Origin: Candidatus Xenobia bacterium
GTDB taxonomy: Bacteria > Vulcanimicrobiota > Xenobia > Xenobiales > QWHO01
DNA: 64,000 nt
NCBI GenBank assembly: GCA_045863235.1
Contig: BTUM01000001.1
Span: 32,001 to 96,000 of the forward strand
Direction: 5' to 3'
The notes under the pieces are model-generated. The model made no database searches. It was given only the letters and a program-made list of their open reading frames with translations, and was not told where the DNA came from. The translations under genes and the position numbers were made by a program. Below, piece by piece: positions 27,962 to 40,126 of the stretch; position 1 is the stretch's first letter; each line of letters begins with the position of its first letter.

Positions 27962-28767
27962 ACATCAGGCTCGAGCAACTGGTCAAGGCTTACCGCCGCC
28001 GCCGCGTCGTGGATGGCGTCAGCTTGACCGTTGAGAAGGGCGAGGTGGTCGGGCTGCTCGGTTCGAACGGGGCTGGCAAGACGACCACCTTCTCGATGGT
28101 CGTGGGCCTGGTCAAGCCCACCGCCGGCCAGATCTTTCTGGGTGCCCGGGAGGTGACCGGGCTGCCGATGGCCACCCGAGCTCGGCTCGGCATCGGGTAT
28201 CTGGCCCAGGAACCCTCCATCTTCAGGCACCTGTCGGTTGAGGAGAATCTCCGCTTGATCTGGGAGGTGCGCGGTGTACCGGCCGCTCTCCAGGCCGAGA
28301 AATTGGAAGCTCTGCTGGGAGAGTTCTCGCTCAAGCGAGTGCGCAAGAGTGCCGCTTATGTCTTGTCCGGGGGCGAGCGTAGACGGGTCGAGATCGCCCG
28401 TTCGCTGGCCATGAACCCCGACTTTTTGCTACTCGACGAGCCCTTCACCGGGGTCGATCCCATCGCCGTGAACGAGATCCAGGAGATCATCGTGCGTTTG
28501 CGCGAGCGAGGGATCGGGATCCTGATTACCGACCACAACGTGCGTGAGACTCTGGCCATAACCGATCGCGCCTACATCATTCGGGACGGCCGCATCCTGG
28601 TGGCCGGAAATGCCCGCGAGATCGGGAATAGCGAGCTGGCTCGGCAGTTCTATCTGGGCGAGAACTTCCGCATGCCCGATGAGCCCGAGGTCGGCATGGT
28701 GGCCGTGGGAGCGGGTGCAGAGCCCAGGGAGAAGCCGGGGGCGAACGGCGGCGCCAACGGGCACTGA
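27958..28767 (+). CDS. lptB: LPS export ABC transporter ATPase
   Basis: GSNGAGKTT, YLAQEPSIFR, LSGGERRRVEIAR, LLDEPF, ITDHNVRETL. Confidence 0.95.
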   Translation: MNIRLEQLVKAYRRRRVVDGVSLTVEKGEVVGLLGSNGAGKTTTFSMVVGLVKPTAGQIFLGAREVTGLPMATRARLGIGYLAQEPSIFRHLSVEENLRLIWEVRGVPAALQAEKLEALLGEFSLKRVRKSAAYVLSGGERRRVEIARSLAMNPDFLLLDEPFTGVDPIAVNEIQEIIVRLRERGIGILITDHNVRETLAITDRAYIIRDGRILVAGNAREIGNSELARQFYLGENFRMPDEPEVGMVAVGAGAEPREKPGANGGANGH

Positions 28768-28773
28768 ACCGAC

Positions 28774-29907
28774 ATGGTCAAGATCCTCGATCGTTATATT
28801 ATGCAGGAGATGCTCGGCCCGTTTTTCTTTGGACTGGCGGCATTCAGTATCCTGTTCTTTTCGGTTGAGTCCCTGATGGGGGTCGTACGGATGGTGCTCG
28901 ATGGCCACGCGGGAGTTTCCGTCGTGGCTGAGTACATCTGGAACAGGCTGCCCATGGTACTGGTCTACACCTTTCCGATGGCGGTGCTATTGGCTTCCTT
29001 GTTGACCTTTGGCCGACTCTCCGGCGAGTCGGAGCTGGTGGCGATGAAGGCTGGTGGGATTGGATTCCTGCGCGTGGCCTTTCCCGGACTGGTTTTTGCC
29101 TTGCTGATGACGGGCGTGGCCGCATGGATGAATGAGTACGTCGTGCCTCCCACCATGAAGCGGGCGATGAACCTTTTCATGCTTCACCGCCAGCCAGATG
29201 AGATGGAGCAGTCGCTGTTCACCACGCCCCGGAAGTTGGCCAATGGCCAGGAGCAGGTGGTCTACGCCCACAGCCTCAATACCAAGCAGCGCGAGATGCG
29301 CGGCGTGTTTATCCACTTTTTTTACGAGGGACAACGACGCCGCGAGATCTACGCCGAGGTGGCTCAATGGAACGGGCAGGTATGGCTGCTGAAGAACCTG
29401 CGCGAGGTCGAGTTTGGTAGTCAGCAAGAGGCCATCTTCGAAGTGCGTGGTGACGAGGGCTGGACCCCAATGAGTTTGGCCGAGGCGCCCCCCGGGCCCG
29501 AGGAGCTTTCTCGACGTAAGTTTCGGCCCGAGGAGATGAGTCGAGCTGAGATTCTACGCCGGTTGGCCGAGTTTCCCAAACCCGTCACAGGTCCTGAGGG
29601 GGACACTCAGACCGAGAAGGTCAAGAATCGGCTCTGGGTGGCTTACCATCAGAAGCTTTCCATCGCCTGGTGTTGTCTGGTGTTCGGTGCCTTCGCCATT
29701 CCCCTCGGGGTGCGGCCTCATCGGACCAGCACCTCCATGGGCATGGGCTTGTCGGTCTTTTTCATTCTGGTCTATCATGTGATGATGACGCTAGGAATGG
29801 TGATGGGCGAGTCGGGGGCGATCTCTCCCCTGCTCGGTGCCTGGTTCCCGAATCTGATTTTTGGTGTTCTGGGAATCTTTTTTCTCGTCGACGCGTCACG
29901 TAAGTAG
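28774..29907 (+). CDS. LptF/LptG family permease
   Basis: 'KILDRYI', 'RLSGESELVAMKAGGI', 'AWFPNLIF'. Confidence 0.9.
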   Translation: MVKILDRYIMQEMLGPFFFGLAAFSILFFSVESLMGVVRMVLDGHAGVSVVAEYIWNRLPMVLVYTFPMAVLLASLLTFGRLSGESELVAMKAGGIGFLRVAFPGLVFALLMTGVAAWMNEYVVPPTMKRAMNLFMLHRQPDEMEQSLFTTPRKLANGQEQVVYAHSLNTKQREMRGVFIHFFYEGQRRREIYAEVAQWNGQVWLLKNLREVEFGSQQEAIFEVRGDEGWTPMSLAEAPPGPEELSRRKFRPEEMSRAEILRRLAEFPKPVTGPEGDTQTEKVKNRLWVAYHQKLSIAWCCLVFGAFAIPLGVRPHRTSTSMGMGLSVFFILVYHVMMTLGMVMGESGAISPLLGAWFPNLIFGVLGIFFLVDASRK

Positions 29908-29940
29908 AGTCTTCTCGGAACGCGTTCTTGGAGTAGTCAG

Positions 29941-30927
29941 GTGACAACGATCCTGAGGGTAATGCTGGTTTACCTTGTCGTGGCGGCCCTCTCGGGAGGG
30001 ATCGCCTACCTTGGCAACCAGCTTGGGCGCCATGTGGGGCGCAAGAAAATGAGCGTCTTCGGGATGCGCCCACGCCACACGTCCATTTTTGTGACCACCA
30101 TTACTGGAATGATGATCGCTCTTGGAACTTTGACGCTCGCAGCCGTGCTTGCCAAGGATGTGCGCCAGTTGCTGGCCGGCACCGAGGAGCTCGAGCGTCG
30201 TCAGCGCGAGCTCTCCGAGCAGGTTTCCCGTTTGACCGATACGCTGGAGAGCGGCAACCTGATCTGGGGAATCGATCAGCCGATTTTCTTGGGCACACTA
30301 CCCCCTGGCATCCCGGCCGAGAATATCGAAGACCAGCTGCGCAACGCGGTGGCTCGGGCCAATCTGGGGACCATCCTCAAGTACAATGAAATGGCTCGAT
30401 TGAAGGGCAAGTCTGGAGTTCCTGTCGACGAGGTACTGTTGTCTTTTGATTCCCGGCTTCTGCGAGAGTTGGCTGATCGGGTCCGCAATAGCCCCGAGGT
30501 GTTCGGCTTGCGTGTCGTGGCCGGACGCAACTACCTGCTTGGCGATACCGAGCCTCTGGCGGTCCATTTCAGCCTGTTTCCGGTCAAGCGGGTGTTTCGA
30601 GCTGGCGAGGTGGTGGCCAGCAAGATCGTCGACCCTCATAATCCAACCTTCCTCATCGAGTGGTATCAGTTTCTTGAGGAGATCAAGCAAGCAGCTCTTA
30701 AAGCTGGCATGATGAACGGTCCTGATGGGGGACTCGGATTTGAGCTCGACTCGGAGACAATGAATTCCTTGATCCAGAGTATCGAAGAGGAGCCGGGACT
30801 GGCGACGCTTGAGGCTGTCGCCCAGAAGGATCTGTATCAGTCGAGCAGCCTGGAATTGAAGATCGTCGTCCGACCGGCGGGGGACGCCGCACGCAACGGT
30901 CGGACGGCCAGGGTTGAAGTCCGATGA
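29941..30927 (+). CDS. DUF3084-domain protein
   Basis: 'GGIAYLGNQLGRHVGRKKMSVFGMRPRHTS'. Confidence 0.85.
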   Translation: MTTILRVMLVYLVVAALSGGIAYLGNQLGRHVGRKKMSVFGMRPRHTSIFVTTITGMMIALGTLTLAAVLAKDVRQLLAGTEELERRQRELSEQVSRLTDTLESGNLIWGIDQPIFLGTLPPGIPAENIEDQLRNAVARANLGTILKYNEMARLKGKSGVPVDEVLLSFDSRLLRELADRVRNSPEVFGLRVVAGRNYLLGDTEPLAVHFSLFPVKRVFRAGEVVASKIVDPHNPTFLIEWYQFLEEIKQAALKAGMMNGPDGGLGFELDSETMNSLIQSIEEEPGLATLEAVAQKDLYQSSSLELKIVVRPAGDAARNGRTARVEVR

Positions 30928-31358
30928 TCGTGTTGGCTGTCGATCCTGGTCGACGCAAGTGTGGCCTGGCGGTCGTTTCTCTCACTGGAGTGATGGAGCG
31001 GAGCATCGTTCCAACCGAGCAGCTCGAGGTCGTCATCGAACAGATGTATGGTCGGCATTCTCCGGGGGCCCTGGTGGTAGGAGGCAGCACCGGCTCCAAA
31101 GAAGTCATCAAGCGTCTCAAACGTGTTCTCTCTCTGAGTCCGCGGGTGGTGGACGAGCGTTACACCACCGAGCGAGCTCGCAAACGTTACTTTATCGACC
31201 ATCCGCCCCGCGGTATTTGGAAACTGGTTCCGCTGGGCCTGCAAGTGCCGCCTGAGCCCTACGATGATTATGCCGCGGTCGTGATGGCCGAGGAGTTCCT
31301 GGCCGCCGAAGCGGGGAAGAAAGCCGACTCGATTGCGTCGGAGGATGTAGATGCGTAG
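30924..31358 (+). CDS. YqgF/RuvX-like RNase H-fold nuclease
   Basis: 'LAVDPGRRKCGLA', 'VDERYTT', 'DDYAA'. Confidence 0.85.
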   Translation: MIVLAVDPGRRKCGLAVVSLTGVMERSIVPTEQLEVVIEQMYGRHSPGALVVGGSTGSKEVIKRLKRVLSLSPRVVDERYTTERARKRYFIDHPPRGIWKLVPLGLQVPPEPYDDYAAVVMAEEFLAAEAGKKADSIASEDVDA

Positions 31359-32838
31359 ATTGCTGGTCATTTTACTGTTGCTGGCCCTCACCCCGGCCCT
31401 TCCGGCCAAGGAGAAGAAGGATAAGAAGCAGTCCAAGATGCCGTCTCTGGCCGGCATCGTCATGAAGGGCACCGGCGGCAACAGTCCCCTTGGCTACGAG
31501 CCGGTTGCTGGAGCCGAAGTTTCCCTCCAGGGCACCGATCGCAAGACGGTCACCAACGAGGGTGGCTATTACGAGTTCTATGAGCTCGAGGGGGGGGACT
31601 ACACGGTCAACGTGATGGCCGCCCACTATGCGCCCGTCCAGAAGACCGTGCGGGTCACCAACGGGCCGACGCCGACTCTGGCTAACGTGAGCATGCTTCC
31701 CGAGGGAACCATGCTGATCAGCAATACTCCCGTCGGCCCGGGTACTGCCTACGTGGCCTTCGCGGCCCGCCAGATCAATCAGGCCACGACCATGACGGGG
31801 GTTATGAGCCAGGGCTTCCCGCTTCAAACCCAGGAAGCATATCGCGGTGCCATCGCAGCCGGTGCCGATCCGCTGGGCCTGAGCGGCAATCCGGTGGTTT
31901 CCCCCAGCATAGGTCCTGGATTTGCTGATCAGCATGCCATCGACGTCAATCCGAATTCTCTGATGATGATTCCCAGTGGAAACTTGAGCCAGACCGGCTA
32001 TCATACCCTGGGCGTTCAGCCTTACTGGCTTTGCTTCAACGTCAGTGGCACCCGCCTGTACATGAGCGACTCCTCCCAGCAAGTTCAGGTCCTGGATACC
32101 GTCAATAAGAACGTGGTGATCGCGGCCCTGCCGGCCCAGGGAATCGTGACCGACCTGCGCCTATCGGGCGATGGCAACTACCTGCTCGTTTCCGTCATGT
32201 CGGGCTCGCCTGGAGTGATGATGATCGATACTCGCACCAATCAGCCGACGCGCTACCTTCCTCTGCCCCCTATGCGGAGCGGAGGAGTGGGGTACCCGAT
32301 GGGGGCTGTGATGAGCCGGGAAGGGGGGCGGGTCTTCGTGGTGCAGGGGAATCCCCAATCGGGTGAGGTGGTGGCCCTGGACGGCTATACCGGGCAACCG
32401 GTGGGAGTGTGTCCGGTCGGAGCCAGCCCGACCGGCATCGCCATGTCCGTTGATGGGCGGTTCGTTTACACGGCCAATTCGGCCTCGGGGGACATGTCGG
32501 TGGTGGATGCCGCCTCACTGGGGGAACTCGGTCGGGTCCGAGTGGGGGTCAGTCCCCAGAAGGTCGCGGTAAGTCCAAACGGAATGCGGATCTGGGTGAC
32601 CAATAAGGGCTCCAATTCGGTCACCATGGTGGATGGGCGCAGCCACGCCGTCCTGGCCACGGTGCCGACCGGCAGTGGACCGGTAGGCGTAGCTTGCAGT
32701 CCGGACAGTTCACGGACCTTTGTCACATGCAAGGACGCAGGCACGGTCGTCATTCTCGATGGCGCCACCGGCGGGACGCTGAAAACCACCAGCCCGCTGC
32801 CCAACTCTTCGCCTTACGGGATCGCCATCAAGCCCTGA
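31351..32838 (+). CDS. secreted protein: carboxypeptidase-regulatory-like domain plus YVTN/YncE beta-propeller
   Basis: Signal peptide; 'TVTNEGGYYEF'; repeats like 'VGASPTGIAMSVDGRFVYTAN'. Confidence 0.85.
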   Translation: MRRLLVILLLLALTPALPAKEKKDKKQSKMPSLAGIVMKGTGGNSPLGYEPVAGAEVSLQGTDRKTVTNEGGYYEFYELEGGDYTVNVMAAHYAPVQKTVRVTNGPTPTLANVSMLPEGTMLISNTPVGPGTAYVAFAARQINQATTMTGVMSQGFPLQTQEAYRGAIAAGADPLGLSGNPVVSPSIGPGFADQHAIDVNPNSLMMIPSGNLSQTGYHTLGVQPYWLCFNVSGTRLYMSDSSQQVQVLDTVNKNVVIAALPAQGIVTDLRLSGDGNYLLVSVMSGSPGVMMIDTRTNQPTRYLPLPPMRSGGVGYPMGAVMSREGGRVFVVQGNPQSGEVVALDGYTGQPVGVCPVGASPTGIAMSVDGRFVYTANSASGDMSVVDAASLGELGRVRVGVSPQKVAVSPNGMRIWVTNKGSNSVTMVDGRSHAVLATVPTGSGPVGVACSPDSSRTFVTCKDAGTVVILDGATGGTLKTTSPLPNSSPYGIAIKP

Positions 32839-32935
32839 TGGTGCAGGTCCGAAAGAGGAGAAGCGCCCCCTTCGCATAAGTTAAGGCGCTTGACTTTGAC
32901 TTTGCGCGCCCTGTGGCACGCGTTTCGGTGAGGAC

Positions 32936-35533
<2,598 letters not shown>

Positions 35534-35665
35534 GGGCTCCAGGGAATCGGGAGTCAGGTCGGGAGCCCTGCTTCGAGGGTCTGGCTCGGCGGCCGGCGCC
35601 GAGACTCTGAAAGACGCCGATGCGATGGAGTTCCGCCTGTCGTGAGCACTTGTCAAGGAGTAGGG

Positions 35666-36812
35666 ATGTTAGCACAGTACACAACCAACCTGGAACAGCT
35701 GCGCGCCCGGATGAGCCGGATGCGCGACTATCTTTGACCTCGATCAGCATCGCATCAAAGCCGAGGAGCTCGAGCGAAGACTTTCTTCGGAGGGTGTTTG
35801 GGACCGTCCCAGCGAGGCTCGCGTCCTGGTGGTCGAGCTGAATCAGCACAAGCAAGCCATCGAGACCTGGGAAGGCTTGGAGAAGCAGGTCCGGGATCTG
35901 GAAGAGTGGCTCGAATTGGCCAGCGAGGACAAGCCCGAGGAGGTGGCCGAGGTCGAGCGCGTCGCGCGCGAGTTGGAGGCCAATCTAGAGAAGGCGGAAA
36001 CGCGCTCGCTTCTTTCAGGCGATCATGACCAGGCATCGGCAATTTTGTCGGTGCACGCGGGCTCGGGTGGAACTGACGCGCAGGACTGGGCCGACATGCT
36101 GTTGCGCATGTACATCAGGTGGGGAGAGGATGCCGGCTTCAAGGTCGAGTTGGCGGACCGCTCCCCGGGCGATGAGGCCGGTATTCACTCGGGCACGATT
36201 TTTGTGACCGGGCCGCAGGCCTATGGCCTGCTGCAAGGCGAGCGGGGAGTGCATCGGCTGGTACGCATCTCCCCTTTCGACCAGGCGCGACGTCGCCATA
36301 CCGCCTTTGCCAGGGTCGAGGTCACTCCGGAAATCGAGGACGAGCATGAAGTAGAGATCCGCCCTGAGGATCTCAAGGTGGATACTTATCGCTCTTCAGG
36401 GGCCGGCGGGCAGCACGTGAACAAGACGGACTCGGCCATCCGCATCACCCACCTGGCGACCGGCATCGTGGTGGCCTGTCAGAACGAGCGTTCCCAGCAC
36501 TCCAACCGAGCGACTGCCATGCGTATTCTTAAATCCAAGCTCTATGAGTTGCAGCAGTCCGAGCGGATGGAGAGGCTCGCTGCCATCAAGGGAGAGCACC
36601 GCGAGGCAGCCTGGGCCAACCAGATTCGAAGCTACGTGCTGCAACCCTACACCCAGGTCAAGGACCGTCGAACCGGCGTGGAAACCACGGATGTTCAAGG
36701 GGTGCTCGACGGGGGCTTGCAGGCTTTCTTGCGTGGTTGGTTGGAAGCTCGGCGTCGACTGGGGCGCGAGCCGACGACCAGCGACGGAGGCTCGGCTGCA
36801 GATGAAGACTGA
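35666..36812 (+). CDS. prfB: peptide chain release factor 2 with programmed +1 frameshift
   Basis: ATG 35666 after AGGAG; codon 23 CTT then TGAC (35732-35738); +1 frame continues into SPF and GGQ motifs. Confidence 0.95.
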
Positions 36813-37088
36813 ATCTTGCCAGTTTCTTTTTGGAGAGTAAAAAGGTTTTGATGTTCGGGAGGAGTCTTCGCACGGTAAGCGAAGGAGGGGCTCCAAATTG
36901 AATCCTACTCTGAGTTCCGGCCTCAAAAAGCCGACCTTAAGTCGGCAAAGGGAATGGGTTTTCGACTCAAAGAAGGATCCATGTTGTGCACCGTCGAAGG
37001 GGCGGGTGCTTGAGAAAAACTAAAGCAAGTTGACGGGCGAAGGAAGTGTTTGTCGGGAAACCGGCTCCGCTGCTTCGCTTGTGGTGCA

Positions 37089-37114
37089 TAAAGGTTTTGG
37101 TTTGCGGCCGATAC
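37089..37114 (+). promoter_or_regulatory. possible sigma28-like promoter
   Basis: TAAA-14 nt-GCCGATAC upstream of SLH-porin 1. Confidence 0.35.
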
Positions 37115-37298
37115 GGGTTGACTGGAGGTGTTAGAGTATCCAGGCCGCAGTCGTAAAAGGTTGGTCGCGAGGAAAGCTCGATACGAGGCTCAAGGGACGA
37201 ATTTTGAGGAAACTTCTAGGAAGCTCAGACGGTACTCCCTCGGTCCTTGTTGAGGCTGGCCCTCGCCAGACTCAATAAAACAAGGAGGAAGACAAGCG

Positions 37299-40070
37299 AT
37301 GAACAAGCGCATTCAGTCGGCTATCGCCTCGCTGGTCGTTACGGCCACGTTGACACTGCCGGCGATGTCTGCGCCCTTGTTCCCGGACGTGCCCGACAAC
37401 CACTGGGCCAAAGACGCCGTTGCGGCGTTGGCGGCCAAGGGTCTTGTCGAGGGTTACCCGGACGGGACATTCAAGGGAGACCGTGCGGCAACTCGTTGGG
37501 AAGTTGCCATGATTGTTGCGCGCCTGCTTGCCAAGATGGAGCAGGAGCACGCTACTTTCGCTACCAAGGCTGAGCTTGAGGAGCTGCGCAAGCTCGTTAA
37601 TGCTCTGCGTGAAGAACTCGACGCCCTCGGCGTTCGCGTCACCAATCTCGAGGAGAATGTCAGCCGTCTCGACAAGCGCGTCAGCGAACTCGAGCGGATC
37701 ACGTTCTATGGTTACATGGAGGCTCGCGGGACTGCTCAGAGCTTCTCGACGACCTCGGACAGCCGCGCTCGTAATGGAATTACTGCTGGCGCAGCTGTGG
37801 TCAACCCGGCTACTGGCGTAGCCGGTGCCGTGTTCGGCCCGGTGGGCGTGAACTACGGTGGGGCTGCTATCGCCGGTGTGCCGGCCAATGCCATCGGTTC
37901 TGCTACGGGTGCGTTCCTGCGTCCCGAAGTGCACGGTGTCATGCCGGCCATCGATCTGCGAAATGGCCGTCCTCTGACCAACGGAACCGGCTTCACCATG
38001 CGTGGAGTGCTGGGCCTGCGGATTCGTGTGTCCGACGACATTGACGCCGGCGCTGAGTTCTCGGCCTTTACCTCGCAGGGTGACGCTCTGGTTGATGCCT
38101 ATTATGGCGTCACCGCTCCGTTCCTGAATAACCAGTTCCAGGGCAATTTCACGGCCGCCGGTGCGGGCGCGACCGGTTTGAGCAATCAGCCGTTCACCCG
38201 TATGAACCTGGACAACTTCTGGGTGCTGCACAATCCGTCGCAGACCAAGTTGATCCTGGGTTCTTTCGGCGAGACCAACATGGATCGTACGATGTATGTT
38301 GGCACCTGGAATCCGAACGCCTTCGGCAACACCTACCTCGATAGCTATGGCTTCGATGTTCAGGGTCGCGTGGACGTGAGCGATACCGGTGTGCTTCGCT
38401 GGGAAGCCATGGGCACTCGCCTGGGTGATGGCAACGTCGCCGGCGTGGCTCCTGGTAACTACCAGAACTGGCTCCTCGGCGCCAACCTTGGCTTCGAGTT
38501 CGAGGGTGGTCACGTGAAGATCAACTTCGCGCGCGCCGCTCAGGAGCAGAGCGCTGGCGGTCCCCTGACCGTTGGCGCGACGGGTAGTGCCGGACTGGCC
38601 GCCGCTGGTCTCACCCCGACTGGCGCTGGCGTGACCGTCGGCGGGCAGATGCTGAACGTCCCCGCGGGCGCTCTCACCTTCCCGGCCGTTGGTGCTCCGG
38701 TTGGCGCGGCCTTCACGGGCGGCGCGACCTGGAGTCCGTTGCAGTGGGTCAACCCGGCTGGGTTCTTCGTGAACCAGGTCGGAGCTGGCACTGCAAATAC
38801 CGCTGGTCCTGCTTCGACTACCGACCTGCGCCCCATTCCCGGTTGGAACACCGCGGCCGACAACGCCGTGTTGATGCCGACCACGATCGCGGGTGCCTTC
38901 GGTCCCCAGGAGCAGAACATGTATGGCGCTTCGGCTGCCTATACGTGGGACATCGGTGACGGCGACGCTGGGATCTACCTCAGCGGCGAGTATGCTCACA
39001 CCGACTATAGCCCGAACAAGAACAGCGCTTTCGAGCGCGGCGGAGATCTCGGACACATTGAGGTCGGCGCCAACCTGCTCGATGGCGACCTGGACCTGTC
39101 GCTGGGCTACCTGACGGTTGATCCTACCTACGATCCGTTCGTGCTCCAGTATCCTGCTGGCGTTGCTGGCGCGTTCCGCATCCCGGACCTGAATTACTTC
39201 AGCGGGCTGTATTCGCTCCACGACACCAAGCTCTACCCGCACAACCGGGAAGGCTTCCGGTTCAACGGGCAGTGGCGCTTCAATGAGCGCCGGGGTCTGG
39301 CCTACGCTCACGCGCAGTTCCTCAACCAGAAGCGCACCAGCCTCTATGACGTGCTGGTTCCGGGTGGCAGCATCGCGCCAGCCATCCCGACCAACGACGT
39401 CGTGGGCTTCGCTCCCGGTTGGATGGATCCGGTGTTCATGGGCTTTGCCCACCCGAACGTGTATGGCGCTCAGTCCGCCAACTCGTTCGCGCCGGGTTCG
39501 CTGGCTCCCCTGGAGAACAGCCGTGGCCGTCAGACCGGTTGGGGCCTGGGCATCAGCTACAAGTTTGATGACCCGCGCATCAAGATCGACATCGGTTACG
39601 AGCAGAACGACTTCTTCCGTGCCACGGCCCTGGTGGCCGGTCTCGGCGGAAGCCAGAACCACGTGGATATCACCGTTCAGCAGCTGCACGGTCAGATCGG
39701 CTGGGAAGCCAGCGATCAGTGGAGCCTGCGAGCGGGCGCGGATTGGTCTGCCTACGGTGGTCACTATGACCCCGCTGGCGTCTACAACCACTTCGCGTTC
39801 AACACGGGGAGCACCACGTTCCGCAACCTCGACACCGAGCAGATCTCGCCCTTCATCGGGACGACCTTCGACGTGTCGGCCAACACCAGTTGGGATCTCG
39901 ACCTGCGGTTCTTCGATACGACCGACAACTCGGGTGTGAATCCGCTGTTGGTCGGTGGCGCGGTTGCTCCGGGCGCGGCTCCTGCTGGCACGAACAACAT
40001 CGGTTCGACCAGCCACCCGCTCCGCTGGAACGGCTACCAGGTCACGACCGCCTTCAAGGTTCGCTTCTAA
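37299..40070 (+). CDS. SLH-domain / coiled-coil / beta-barrel outer-membrane protein (OmpM/SlpA-like), paralogue 1
   Basis: Signal peptide; FPDVPDNHWA...GYPDGTFKG SLH; heptad stalk; C-terminal KVRF beta-signal; strong AAGGAGG RBS. Confidence 0.9.
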   Translation: MNKRIQSAIASLVVTATLTLPAMSAPLFPDVPDNHWAKDAVAALAAKGLVEGYPDGTFKGDRAATRWEVAMIVARLLAKMEQEHATFATKAELEELRKLVNALREELDALGVRVTNLEENVSRLDKRVSELERITFYGYMEARGTAQSFSTTSDSRARNGITAGAAVVNPATGVAGAVFGPVGVNYGGAAIAGVPANAIGSATGAFLRPEVHGVMPAIDLRNGRPLTNGTGFTMRGVLGLRIRVSDDIDAGAEFSAFTSQGDALVDAYYGVTAPFLNNQFQGNFTAAGAGATGLSNQPFTRMNLDNFWVLHNPSQTKLILGSFGETNMDRTMYVGTWNPNAFGNTYLDSYGFDVQGRVDVSDTGVLRWEAMGTRLGDGNVAGVAPGNYQNWLLGANLGFEFEGGHVKINFARAAQEQSAGGPLTVGATGSAGLAAAGLTPTGAGVTVGGQMLNVPAGALTFPAVGAPVGAAFTGGATWSPLQWVNPAGFFVNQVGAGTANTAGPASTTDLRPIPGWNTAADNAVLMPTTIAGAFGPQEQNMYGASAAYTWDIGDGDAGIYLSGEYAHTDYSPNKNSAFERGGDLGHIEVGANLLDGDLDLSLGYLTVDPTYDPFVLQYPAGVAGAFRIPDLNYFSGLYSLHDTKLYPHNREGFRFNGQWRFNERRGLAYAHAQFLNQKRTSLYDVLVPGGSIAPAIPTNDVVGFAPGWMDPVFMGFAHPNVYGAQSANSFAPGSLAPLENSRGRQTGWGLGISYKFDDPRIKIDIGYEQNDFFRATALVAGLGGSQNHVDITVQQLHGQIGWEASDQWSLRAGADWSAYGGHYDPAGVYNHFAFNTGSTTFRNLDTEQISPFIGTTFDVSANTSWDLDLRFFDTTDNSGVNPLLVGGAVAPGAAPAGTNNIGSTSHPLRWNGYQVTTAFKVRF

Positions 40071-40091
40071 ACTCGAAGCAGCCTGACGGCT

Positions 40092-40126
40092 AAAGAGGCC
40101 CGCCCTTGCGGCGGGTCTCTTTGTTT
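40092..40126 (+). terminator. intrinsic terminator, intron target site
   Basis: AAAGAGGCCCGC-loop-GCGGGTCTCTTT followed by GTTT. Confidence 0.85.

Noticed and set aside
35666..35737. prfB as a pseudogene
   Set aside because: The in-frame stop lies in the known CTT TGA C programmed frameshift.
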